Of a stretch of 64,000 nt of DNA, positions 17,442 to 25,426 are shown in pieces (position 1 is the first letter of the stretch; each line of letters opens with the position of its first letter). Source of the stretch: a virus. A program made the translations under genes and the position numbers. Under the pieces are notes generated by a model. It made no database searches. It was given only the letters and a program-made list of their open reading frames with translations, and was not told where the DNA came from. Where the stretch lies: the IMG/VR virus record IMGVR_UViG_3300036828_000389, positions 11,517-75,516 of that record; one strand, 5' to 3'.

Positions 17442-18352
17442 CTCGACAATGCCCTCACTGAGAAGAAGGCACGATCCATACCTGTCAGTCCTTGCAGCCC
17501 AGTGGTGGAACACCAGTGCTGGATGTAGATCGGGTCGCCCCCTTTACAGGCGACGATGTCACTGACCGGCAAAGTTAGTACATTACCTGCGTAGGGAGCG
17601 TTACAGCCATACGTAGCGACGACGGTGCTGCCGTGGACGATTCTTACATTCGCCCACTGATTCGGACCGGTGGAAACGAAGCCTATCTGGGCCTTCACGA
17701 AATAATCGTCGGAGTAGGGGCAGTAAAAAATATAGCTACTGAAGAACTCTGCTCCGAAGGACACCGTGTCGAAGCCATAGTTGTTCAGGGCAGTGCTTGT
17801 GCTATAGGCACCGTAACGCCATAACCGGCCTCTGGCGCAGTAGTTGCTGTTGCTGTATGGACGAGTTGCATTAGCCCCCGCAGGACCGGTGGGAACTGGT
17901 GGGCGGTAGTTGTCGTTGGTGGCGGTAGCCCACTGGCGCACGTCGTTGAATGCCGTAGCGGTGGTGATGTAGTACAGCGGGATCTCGTAGGTGCCGGTTG
18001 ACACGTTTGGTGCTGGTTGGTGCGGTAGTACGGTTCCTTGAGCGCCAGGCAGATAGAAGAAGCCGATGGTTCTGGCCGCCGGGTCTGCCCGCAGCACGAC
18101 CAAGCCTGGCCCCAGCCCCGCGCTGCTGACGGTGTGGTTGATAGTGGTCTCACCGTAGAAGCCGTCAACCCATACTGCTCCAGGCTGGATGGTAATGACG
18201 CCGACTGCGATAGTGGCAGCGAACTGGGTGGCGAAGCCGGGGATGATGCCATTCCACTGGAAGTCTCTCGACATGGAACGCCAGCGCGGCAGGGTGGCGT
18301 TTACGCCCGGCCCTGCATCGAATGGGATGTAGGTCTCGGTTAGGTTGCTCAT
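17438..18352 (-). CDS. Minor tail/fibre protein with C1q/TNF-like C-terminal domain
   Basis: N-terminus paralogous to 18450..19295; aromatic beta-rich C-terminus of lower GC. Confidence 0.7.
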   Translation of the reverse strand: MSNLTETYIPFDAGPGVNATLPRWRSMSRDFQWNGIIPGFATQFAATIAVGVITIQPGAVWVDGFYGETTINHTVSSAGLGPGLVVLRADPAARTIGFFYLPGAQGTVLPHQPAPNVSTGTYEIPLYYITTATAFNDVRQWATATNDNYRPPVPTGPAGANATRPYSNSNYCARGRLWRYGAYSTSTALNNYGFDTVSFGAEFFSSYIFYCPYSDDYFVKAQIGFVSTGPNQWANVRIVHGSTVVATYGCNAPYAGNVLTLPVSDIVACKGGDPIYIQHWCSTTGLQGLTGMDRAFFSVRALSR

Positions 18353-18449
18353 TCGACCGGCCTCCCCAGGTGTTGTGTCCAGAGACTTGCAGGCAGTGTG
18401 TCGCTAACCATGGGTTCGCTGGGGGGTTGTTCTGTGTCCAGGTCGATGC

Positions 18450-19295
18450 TTACGACGCTGTTTGTGTTCCCAGGTGAACCTGGTTGATCAGCATCGTCAG
18501 CGGACCGAACAGAATCTGCGGGCCGGTCCCCGCTGTCACTAGACATCCAATGCTCTTCTTTCCTGTGGTCACGGGTAAGGAGGCTGACAGTGAGATCGGC
18601 ACGGAGATGGGCACACCCGACGGACCGCCACCAGCTGAGGCTGGGGTGACTACCGGTGTGAGGCTGGTCTGGTTGTCAGACTGTCCGTACTCATAGCTGA
18701 TCTGACAGATGGCTGACTGCGCCGAACTGGCGTCGGTGAAGGTGATGGCTCCCGTAGCTCGCAGCTGTACCTGGGCCGGGTAGGAGAACCGCGGGTACAT
18801 GAAGTTGAAATTGATCGTGAGTCCGCTGTTGACCGGCTGCTGGGTCATGGTCCCAGACCAGCCCACAGCACCCCCGCCACTGATAAAGCAACGCAGGTCT
18901 GTCAGCGAGCCGGAGCTAACCAACCAGAGTGGGATCTCCCAGGCATGAACATCTTGCTGGTAGCCGTTGTAGTCCACGGCACCGCTGTGGAAGATGATGG
19001 AGCAAACCTCGTTGTCGAGATCGGCCCTGGCCACGATGGTGCCACTGGCTCCCACAGGGACGGCTTGTTGGGCGAAGATCTCGGCGTAGTACCCGTGAAT
19101 GAAGCAGGCACCTGGGGTGACTGTGGCAGTTCCGCCAGACAGGGTGGCGCCCAGTCCCCAACCACTCTGGCCGACGGGATAGTTGGCTACGACACCATCA
19201 GGGGCCCACAGCTGTGCCATCTTGCGCCAGCGCGCCGAGTTGGCTGCCGAACCGAAGCCCTTGTCCCAGGGATAGTACTCATCGAAAGTCCCCAT
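18450..19295 (-). CDS. Minor tail/fibre protein
   Basis: YYPWDKG..RWRKMA..VTPGACFIHGYY..WEIPL actinophage minor-tail-type N-terminus. Confidence 0.7.
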   Translation of the reverse strand: MGTFDEYYPWDKGFGSAANSARWRKMAQLWAPDGVVANYPVGQSGWGLGATLSGGTATVTPGACFIHGYYAEIFAQQAVPVGASGTIVARADLDNEVCSIIFHSGAVDYNGYQQDVHAWEIPLWLVSSGSLTDLRCFISGGGAVGWSGTMTQQPVNSGLTINFNFMYPRFSYPAQVQLRATGAITFTDASSAQSAICQISYEYGQSDNQTSLTPVVTPASAGGGPSGVPISVPISLSASLPVTTGKKSIGCLVTAGTGPQILFGPLTMLINQVHLGTQTAS

Positions 19296-19296
19296 C

Positions 19297-20001
19297 TCAG
19301 TCTGGTGACCCCTGGACTCCCGGCGGCCCTGGTGGCAGCTGCTTGGTCAAGGTCTGCCAGGCATAGCGGTGCTGGGCCCTCACGTCCGTGCGGCCCTGAG
19401 GCGCGGTGGGCGGCATGGGTGACCCTCCCCCGGGCGTTGGTGCGCCGTGACCAAGCAGATCGTCCAGGGTCCGGGGCGCTGCGTGGGCGGGCCCGGGTGG
19501 CTTCGCTCCTGCTGTCTGATCTCTCTGCTGTTGGTTCTGTAAGGAGTTGATGTAGTCGTTGACGTGAGAGGGCACCGCTTCCATCCCGATGGTGTGTCGT
19601 AAAGCGGCGGCGATACCGGCGTTTTTGAAGTGAGTGTGGTACATATTCGTTAAAAGGATCTTTCGCATCGCAGCCATGGCGGCGTTGGTCCCGGTCTGTT
19701 TCCAGTTGAGGGTCCAGTTCGCCCCAGCTGGTGGCGGGTTCGGACCCATGGGCCTCGTCGGACCCCAACGAGGTGGTGCCCCTGGTTGTGGTCGCCAACC
19801 GGGCCCTGGGCCACTCGGACCTCTCGGGCCGCTTCCACGCCCACCCCCACCTGGAGGAGGTCCGTTTCGACCTGGCATTGGGGGCATTGTTGCCGGGGGC
19901 GCTCCCCTGGGAGGAAACAGGGGAGGCATTCCGCCCCCTCCACCCGGAGCGGTCCGCGGAATGGTCCGCGACTTAACGGTGATGGGGTCTTGCTTGGCCA
20001 T
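19297..20001 (-). CDS. Pro/Gly-rich low-complexity protein
   Basis: SD GAGGAA before ATG 20001 (MAKQDPITVK). Confidence 0.6.
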   Translation of the reverse strand: MAKQDPITVKSRTIPRTAPGGGGGMPPLFPPRGAPPATMPPMPGRNGPPPGGGGRGSGPRGPSGPGPGWRPQPGAPPRWGPTRPMGPNPPPAGANWTLNWKQTGTNAAMAAMRKILLTNMYHTHFKNAGIAAALRHTIGMEAVPSHVNDYINSLQNQQQRDQTAGAKPPGPAHAAPRTLDDLLGHGAPTPGGGSPMPPTAPQGRTDVRAQHRYAWQTLTKQLPPGPPGVQGSPD

Positions 20002-20006
20002 GTTCC

Positions 20007-20549
20007 TCAGTACCTTCCTCGCAACCAGGAGATGTGAGCTATCCGCGCATCGGCTGCTTCTTGGTAAGGAGTCTTGCGATCCATCTCGGTCGCCACCGCT
20101 CCTACCGCCGCTGCCGCACGTATGAATCCTCTGGCGAATGGGCGTTTCCACCGTGGCATAGCAGAAATCTGCTCATGAACACCCTGCATGCGCTCACCCA
20201 CTGGGTCGTACTGAGGCTGGGGTGGAGGTTGCTGGGGCTGGTTGAACTGGGGCCCCAGGTTGGGGTTGACCCTGTCAGATCCCGGCACGTTCCGAGTCTC
20301 AGAGCCCGCTCCGGTCCGCGAATAAACGCCCCGGTTCGGTGGCCTGGGCACGTTCTGAGTCTCCTGGTCTACTCCGGTTCGTGCATAGGTGCCCTGCCGC
20401 GCTCCGGGCACGTTCTGAGTCTCCGGATCTCCACCAGCCCGTGCATAGGTGGTCCGGGGACCGGCCTTAGCTCGGGATGCCCTGGGTGGCTTGGTGCTGT
20501 ACTCGCCCCACTTCACACCACCGGGGATCCTGGGTTGTCGAGTCGGCAT
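20007..20549 (-). CDS. Basic protein with three ~20-aa repeats
   Basis: YARAGGDPETQNVP / YARTGVDQETQNVP / YSRTGAGSETRNVP. Confidence 0.65.
   Translation of the reverse strand: MPTRQPRIPGGVKWGEYSTKPPRASRAKAGPRTTYARAGGDPETQNVPGARQGTYARTGVDQETQNVPRPPNRGVYSRTGAGSETRNVPGSDRVNPNLGPQFNQPQQPPPQPQYDPVGERMQGVHEQISAMPRWKRPFARGFIRAAAAVGAVATEMDRKTPYQEAADARIAHISWLRGRY
20280..20452 (-). repeat. Three tandem 60-63-nt coding repeats
   Basis: GGCACGTTCYGAGTCTC core at ~20284, ~20347, ~20407. Confidence 0.8.
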
Positions 20550-20551
20550 GG

Positions 20552-21055
20552 CTATCTCCAGGGCGGCGCGAGCTTGCGTAGCTGGGTGGTGCGCCCGATG
20601 CCAGGATCGGCGCCCATCATGGACTGCTGGCGTGGACTGTACATGGGCATCAGCTGAGACTTGGGTGCCGCCCGGGGCACCAGGATCACCGTGTCGAAGG
20701 GAACCCCCTGGGACTCCCGGGTCAGCCCATCGGTGGGCTGCAACTCGGCCGGGAAGTAGTAGTCAGCCGGGTCTATGCGCTCACCCTTATGAACACCCCG
20801 AACGTAGGAGCGTTGGTTCTGCCGCGTCTTGAGGCTGTCGAGGAGCCGGTCTCCGCGCCTGGTGTTGATCGTCCCCAGGTACCCGTCGGGGTACATGGCC
20901 TCTGGCGTGCGGTTGTACATGGACCGCCGGGCGTCCATAGCATCCCGAAAGTACGGCCCGATTCCGCCGCCGCCCCCGACGGTGTTCGCATTGCCAGGCG
21001 CCCCCTGGTTGTACGGAGGCAGGAACTCCCATGGCGTGAAGACACCGCGGGGCAT
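20552..21055 (-). CDS. Conserved hypothetical (probable virion) protein
   Basis: PEAMYPDGYLGTI..RGVHKGERIDPADY; TAATG coupling. Confidence 0.7.
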   Translation of the reverse strand: MPRGVFTPWEFLPPYNQGAPGNANTVGGGGGIGPYFRDAMDARRSMYNRTPEAMYPDGYLGTINTRRGDRLLDSLKTRQNQRSYVRGVHKGERIDPADYYFPAELQPTDGLTRESQGVPFDTVILVPRAAPKSQLMPMYSPRQQSMMGADPGIGRTTQLRKLAPPWR

Positions 21056-21306
21056 TACCCGATCACGCTCGTAGCGTCAAAGAAGGAGCGCACCTCCTCA
21101 GAGCGCGAGTGTGACACTGGCAGCAGCTGGCCGGTCCAGTGTGGATCCTGGGCGTCGGGCACCTCGCCGGTCTTCTCGGACATGACCATGTCGTAGGTGG
21201 GCCCGTGCGGCTCCTTGAGGACGTGATCGGCGTACTCATAGCCACCCTGGCCACCGCTGGTGGGAGCCGGGCCCTGGAAGACGCCGCGGTTACCCACTGT
21301 AGGCAC
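21055..21306 (-). CDS. Hypothetical protein (start uncertain)
   Basis: Fills gap in operon; coupled to the downstream ATG. Confidence 0.5.
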   Translation of the reverse strand: MPTVGNRGVFQGPAPTSGGQGGYEYADHVLKEPHGPTYDMVMSEKTGEVPDAQDPHWTGQLLPVSHSRSEEVRSFFDATSVIG

Positions 21307-21763
21307 TCTGCTGCCCGGCCCCGAACATCGCCGTGCGCCCAGGAGAGGACGGAACCGGATACCCACCACCCTGGGTCGGAACCGGCGACTCCTGGGGCAT
21401 TTTCATGCTAGGAGACACGGTGAGCCGGGCACCAGCTGATTCGCCAGCAGACAACCGACCGCGATGGGCAGTCGGTTCGTGGACGGTGTCACGCACACCG
21501 CTGACAAAAGCTGCGTTGTCGCGAGCCAACGGTGGCCCGCTTCCCCGGCCGTAAGTGTCGCTGCCGGTCTCATACGTGTCAGGAACGCCCTTGAGGCGCC
21601 CACCGGTCGCACCCACCTCCCCGCCCAGGCCGGTCGGCGTACCGACCATGCCCGGTTGGGGCCCAGGAGGATACCAGATGCCCGACCGGGCCTGACCCAG
21701 GTGACTTGAATTGGCACCCATCCGACGCCGAATGGCGTGCCCGACTCTTCGCTGATCAGCCAT
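21290..21763 (-). CDS. Gly/Pro/Arg-rich protein (leaderless, first gene of baseplate-side operon)
   Basis: TAGCAT-7 nt-ATG 21763 (MADQRRVGH). Confidence 0.65.
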   Translation of the reverse strand: MADQRRVGHAIRRRMGANSSHLGQARSGIWYPPGPQPGMVGTPTGLGGEVGATGGRLKGVPDTYETGSDTYGRGSGPPLARDNAAFVSGVRDTVHEPTAHRGRLSAGESAGARLTVSPSMKMPQESPVPTQGGGYPVPSSPGRTAMFGAGQQSAYSG

Positions 21764-21784
21764 GACGCCCATGCTAGGGCTGGG

Positions 21785-22381
21785 CTACTTGGCGGGCCGG
21801 ACCAGGCGACGCCCGCTCAGTGGTACCCATTCCGTATGTCCCTGGAGCGCGGCGATGACATCCTGCTGGAACCGCGGCATTTCCGGTTCAGCTGCAAAGG
21901 CGTAGGCGAGGCGAGCCAGGGCGTAGGCGTCGGCCTTGTTGGGGTCACTGAAGTCCTCGTTCCACCGCTTGAGGATCTCCTTGGTCATCTGATCCTTGCG
22001 GGTGTTGCCGTTGCCGGTGGCGAACTTCTTCAGCTGCTGAGGCTGGACGATGAGGGGGTAGGCCCGCCGGTCCTGGGAGTCGAAGAGAGCCAGGATGGTC
22101 ATCTTGATGCAGGCCCCCACCTCGCCGGAGGCGTGCTGGCCGTACTTCTCAGCCATGCTGTAGCCCTCCATGGCGATCTGGAGGACTTGTCCCCCTGGCT
22201 CCAGACTGGCCAGCCTGGTGAACTCGTTAGTGATGCCCACCATGAGCATGCGGAGCCGTAGCACTCCCTTTGGGATCTGGCCTTTGGGCTTCCAGCTGCT
22301 GACGATGCCCCGGGTGGGGCTCCAGGTCACCATGGCGCAATTGGCCACCCCGGGATCGATGCCCACGTAGAGATCAGTCAC
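21785..22381 (-). CDS. ruvC: RuvC-like Holliday junction resolvase
   Basis: VGIDPG, IAMEGY, LKKFATGNGNTRK, NKADAYALA. Confidence 0.9.
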   Translation of the reverse strand: MTDLYVGIDPGVANCAMVTWSPTRGIVSSWKPKGQIPKGVLRLRMLMVGITNEFTRLASLEPGGQVLQIAMEGYSMAEKYGQHASGEVGACIKMTILALFDSQDRRAYPLIVQPQQLKKFATGNGNTRKDQMTKEILKRWNEDFSDPNKADAYALARLAYAFAAEPEMPRFQQDVIAALQGHTEWVPLSGRRLVRPAK

Positions 22382-22599
22382 GTCTTGTGCCAGCGCTCTC
22401 GCATCTCGGTGGTGGCCGCAGGCTCGGGTGGGGCCTTCTTCGGCTTTCGCCGTTCGGCGGGCAAGTAGCCCTGATAGAGCCGCTCTCCACAATCAGCGCA
22501 GTACACGCACCGGCCGGTCTGTTGCCAGGTGTGGTCTTCATGGAGAGCTAGTTGCTGATCGAAAGCCTCCAGCGCTTGCCTGATCTGGGTCTCATCCAT
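22378..22599 (-). CDS. Small Zn-finger protein
   Basis: CVYCADCGERLYQG; coupled overlaps. Confidence 0.6.
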   Translation of the reverse strand: MDETQIRQALEAFDQQLALHEDHTWQQTGRCVYCADCGERLYQGYLPAERRKPKKAPPEPAATTEMRERWHKT

Positions 22600-22813
22600 G
22601 AAGGTTGCGAGCGATGTGGGCGTGAACCCAGAACGTGCATTCCTCCAGTGTGGTTAGTGCCAGAGCCTTCTCCCGCGTGTCGCCACCTGGAAGATCATTG
22701 ATGTGATCGGCGTACCAGCGTTCGTGGGTGCGCCACTCATCGTGGAGGGCGCGGGTGACCTCGTCCGGCGCATGGTAGGTATATCGGCTGTCAAGTTCCT
22801 CGCTGTTCGGCAT
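22592..22813 (-). CDS. Acb2/Tad1-like putative nucleotide-signal sponge
   Basis: RYTYHAP...REKALALTTLEECTFWVHAHIARN helical-hairpin signature. Confidence 0.65.
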   Translation of the reverse strand: MPNSEELDSRYTYHAPDEVTRALHDEWRTHERWYADHINDLPGGDTREKALALTTLEECTFWVHAHIARNLHG

Positions 22814-23054
22814 TCGTTATCCTTTCGACCTCCCGGTTGACGTACCAGGCTGCCTTTTTGAGATCCTCCACCGGGTCAGTGCCCTTCTTGAGGCCCGCCC
22901 GCCACAGGTATTTGATGGCGTTGCCCACGTTGAAGTTGTACTGCTCAGCGATGACGATGCACTCCACCCCGGAGGGATGGGCGCTGTAGTGATGCGGGTG
23001 GTAAACAGCGTCGAACTCTTCGTCGGTCACTTCGGTGTAGTGAGGGTGATTCAC
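22791..23054 (-). CDS. DUF3310 / T7 gp1.7-like nucleotide kinase domain protein
   Basis: VYHPHHY..GVECI..FNVGNAIKYLWRAGLK..EDLKKAAWY. Confidence 0.85.
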   Translation of the reverse strand: MNHPHYTEVTDEEFDAVYHPHHYSAHPSGVECIVIAEQYNFNVGNAIKYLWRAGLKKGTDPVEDLKKAAWYVNREVERITNAEQRGT

Positions 23055-23221
23055 TTCTTCACCGGGGGTGGGCCCACCTCTTTGATGGCGGCGATCAGGG
23101 CGTCGATCTCATCCTGGGGCCGGTCGAAGAGCAGCTGGGTGAGACAGCGCCCTCCGTCCACGTCATCACGAATGACCCGTAGTAGCTCCAGCAGAAGTCG
23201 GTGTTCTGAGTCACCAGCCAC
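23051..23221 (-). CDS. 56-aa hypothetical protein (not in ORF track)
   Basis: MAGDSEHRLLLELLRVIRDD...; GTGA overlap with DUF3310 gene. Confidence 0.55.
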   Translation of the reverse strand: MAGDSEHRLLLELLRVIRDDVDGGRCLTQLLFDRPQDEIDALIAAIKEVGPPPVKK

Positions 23222-23360
23222 GCTGACTCCGTAGCTCTTCGGTGTCCTGCTCAGTTTGTGGCACTAGTCGGCGTACCGTCGACACGTCCTCCCGCTCGAT
23301 CACCACCAGGATCGGTCCCTGGCAGTGCGGGCAGTTGATCTCCACCTCGCTCTTGTTCAT
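23211..23360 (-). CDS. 49-aa Zn-ribbon mini-protein (not in ORF track)
   Basis: MNKSEVEINCPHCQGPILVV...; SD GAGGAG, ATGA overlap. Confidence 0.55.
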   Translation of the reverse strand: MNKSEVEINCPHCQGPILVVIEREDVSTVRRLVPQTEQDTEELRSQRGW

Positions 23361-23923
23361 GGCGCTCCTCGATCTGCTCGCGCCCAGCCCGGGTTCTTGG
23401 CATCGGTCCGCCGGGTGAGTTCGCGGCTCACCACGGACGCGTCCCGCTCAGCTGACTCGTAGAGCATCTGCTTGAGCTTCCTCCTGGCGTAGATGATCTT
23501 GGCTGAGTCCCGGGCCCGCTGGATCTCGGGGTCGGACTCCATCTGGGCCCGCACCCAGGTGACAGCTTCAGTGACCCGGTCCGGCTTGTTGGCTGCCATG
23601 TACAGCCCTTCCAGGCGACGGACCTCAGCTTCGGCGTAGCGCTCGGACACGTCCTCCCCGGCGAACTGGGCCTGGAAGAAGTCGGTCCAGCGTGTCAGCT
23701 GCACGAAGAGGTTCATCAGCTGCTTGTCGGTCAGGTCATCGATGTCCTGGGGCAGCGGAGGCAGACCGAACTCTGGCGAGGAAATCGGCTCGACCTGTAG
23801 CTCTTCGTAGGCCCGATCCCAGAGTTTCCCCCGTAGATCGCTCAGATGTTCTTGCAGGGTTCTAGGACGCTGAAGTCGATGGCCTTCGGAGGATTCTCCG
23901 CTGCGGCTGGGGGCTTTCTTCAT
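23357..23923 (-). CDS. Helical protein, possible UvsY-like recombination mediator
   Basis: Coiled-coil character; lies in RecA/nuclease cluster; function inferred from context. Confidence 0.55.
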   Translation of the reverse strand: MKKAPSRSGESSEGHRLQRPRTLQEHLSDLRGKLWDRAYEELQVEPISSPEFGLPPLPQDIDDLTDKQLMNLFVQLTRWTDFFQAQFAGEDVSERYAEAEVRRLEGLYMAANKPDRVTEAVTWVRAQMESDPEIQRARDSAKIIYARRKLKQMLYESAERDASVVSRELTRRTDAKNPGWARADRGAP

Positions 23924-24821
23924 ACCGTTGACAGTCTGGGCACCCATCGAAGGGGCATCGGGGGATCTTGCCACCGTCCAGAGCAGAGCAGATGGCACGG
24001 CACTGATCCAGCCGATCTGAGATGCGCTCCTCCTCGTAATGCACGACCATCTCCTTGACCCGCTGGTTCCACTTGCACTCGTACAGGTAGATGAAGGTCT
24101 CCGGCGCTCCCAGGTAGCTGTAGAAGTGCCCCTGGCGGATGTGGGAGGGGAACGGGATGCGGATGGCGCTCCACAGGGCGTCGAGGTCGATGAAGGTGCG
24201 ATCCTTGCCGTTGAGCCGGACCTTGTAGGTGTGTTCCTCCAGCAGCCGGGGGTTCTCAAACCGCAGGGTGTTGATGCCCACGGACTTGATCTCGATACCG
24301 GCCTGGTCCCCGTCGAGCCCGTCGGCGTGCCCGGCCATACGGAGGTGCTGGTTGTAGAGCGGCACCTCGTCAAAGCGAAGGAAGCTGCGGTCAGCCTGGC
24401 ACTCCTCGCACTTCTCCGGTGCGGTACCCATCCAGGCTGAGTGACAGCTGGTGCAATAGAATTGCCCCCTGAGGCGGCCCAGATCCCAGATCCGGCTCTG
24501 CCATTTACGGTGGATCTCCTTGCCCTCATCGAAGATCATCTGCATCTGCCAGTGGGTGATCGGCGCCTCACTGGCGGGGCGGTACCCGGCTAGTTCGTAG
24601 TAGTTAGCTCGCGGGCACCAGTCGTTGTGGGAGACCCGGGAGGGATGCAGTACACCGCTCCTGGGCCCGTCGTCGTAGGACGGCTGCAACAAGAGCCTTT
24701 GAATGTCCCCAAGGAGCCGGGTCTCTTGCTTGGACGTTTCCAGCAACGCCCGCAGGTTGGGATCGATCAGCGGCGGCCTGAGAGATCGCGATGATCTTGC
24801 CGGTGGCGAGGGCATCTTCAC
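23862..24821 (-). CDS. Cas4-like PD-(D/E)xK exonuclease
   Basis: LHPSRV..WCPR, GHADG..IEIKS, QGHFY, C-terminal CPFDGCPDC. Confidence 0.8.
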   Translation of the reverse strand: MKMPSPPARSSRSLRPPLIDPNLRALLETSKQETRLLGDIQRLLLQPSYDDGPRSGVLHPSRVSHNDWCPRANYYELAGYRPASEAPITHWQMQMIFDEGKEIHRKWQSRIWDLGRLRGQFYCTSCHSAWMGTAPEKCEECQADRSFLRFDEVPLYNQHLRMAGHADGLDGDQAGIEIKSVGINTLRFENPRLLEEHTYKVRLNGKDRTFIDLDALWSAIRIPFPSHIRQGHFYSYLGAPETFIYLYECKWNQRVKEMVVHYEEERISDRLDQCRAICSALDGGKIPRCPFDGCPDCQRYEESPQPQRRILRRPSTSAS

Positions 24822-25125
24822 GACGGCGTTGCCGCTTGATCCGGCGTCTTTCTCTTTCGCTTGATCCCCCCCAGACGCCCCACTTCTCGCCGTTGGCGAG
24901 GGCGTACTCTAGGCACTCGGTCAGGACCGGGCACGCTCCGGGGTGGTCCGGGTGGGTTCCCAGGCAGACGGCCTTGGCTTCCTGCACCTGACCGTTGTGC
25001 TGGTGATCGGCGTAGAAGAGGTTCCCCGTGTCGAATGCGTTGACGCCCAAGCACTTTGCCCTGTCGAACCACTCCGGCCGGGCCCGTTCGTGGACCGGCG
25101 GCAGCACCAGATCCACGTCCACCAT
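24604..25125 (-). CDS. whiB: WhiB-family transcription factor
   Basis: WFDRAKCLG..LFY..AKAVC..CPVLTECLEYAL..WGVWGGSSERERR. Confidence 0.9.
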   Translation of the reverse strand: MVDVDLVLPPVHERARPEWFDRAKCLGVNAFDTGNLFYADHQHNGQVQEAKAVCLGTHPDHPGACPVLTECLEYALANGEKWGVWGGSSERERRRIKRQRRREDALATGKIIAISQAAADRSQPAGVAGNVQARDPAPWGHSKALVAAVLRRRAQERCTASLPGLPQRLVPAS

Positions 25126-25426
25126 CAGCCAGTTGGAAGTACTCCCGTTCTGGGAGTACGACAAAGTCTCGGCCTCCCAGCTGAAATCCGAGAACAGGGC
25201 GGCGAGACTCTGCCAGGGCGTGCCGCTCCAGGTCGATGAGGTCGTCAAGTTGGAGCGTAATTGAGCTTCGGTTATCGGTGCGCTTGAACTCGATAAGTTC
25301 AGAATCGGTGCGACCGTCGTTGCGACGGTCCCAACGCGCTCCCGAACGAGGATTACACGCCCCGTCGAACCGCTCCATTCCTTCCCGCTCCTGCTGCCGC
25401 GACAACAGAAGGCGCCGATCCCTCAC
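24818..25426 (-). CDS. Holliday junction resolvase-like PD-(D/E)xK nuclease with long tail
   Basis: SRQQE..NPRSGA..RNDGR..LIEFKRT..SITL motif set. Confidence 0.75.
   Translation of the reverse strand: MRDRRLLLSRQQEREGMERFDGACNPRSGARWDRRNDGRTDSELIEFKRTDNRSSITLQLDDLIDLERHALAESRRPVLGFQLGGRDFVVLPEREYFQLADGGRGSGAAAGPRTGPAGVVRQGKVLGRQRIRHGEPLLRRSPAQRSGAGSQGRLPGNPPGPPRSVPGPDRVPRVRPRQRREVGRLGGIKRKRKTPDQAATPS

Noticed and set aside
18349-18546. 65-aa ORF between the paralogous tail genes
   Set aside because: Half overlaps the upstream gene and has no SD or recognisable features; likely just a spacer.
17438-19295. Diversity-generating retroelement or invertible tail-fibre switch
   Set aside because: No reverse transcriptase, adenine-specific TR/VR pair, invertase or flanking inverted repeats seen.
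20280-20452. 60-nt periodic repeats as a mini-CRISPR array
   Set aside because: Repeats are in-frame coding units and the intervening sequences are also similar, not unique spacers.
23924-24529. N-terminal 200 aa of ORF 23357..24529
   Set aside because: Out-of-frame overlap with the Cas4-like gene; the plausible start is ATG 23923.
23862-24821. CRISPR-Cas locus suggested by the Cas4-like nuclease
   Set aside because: No repeat-spacer array or other cas genes seen; stand-alone Cas4-like nucleases are common in phage recombination modules.
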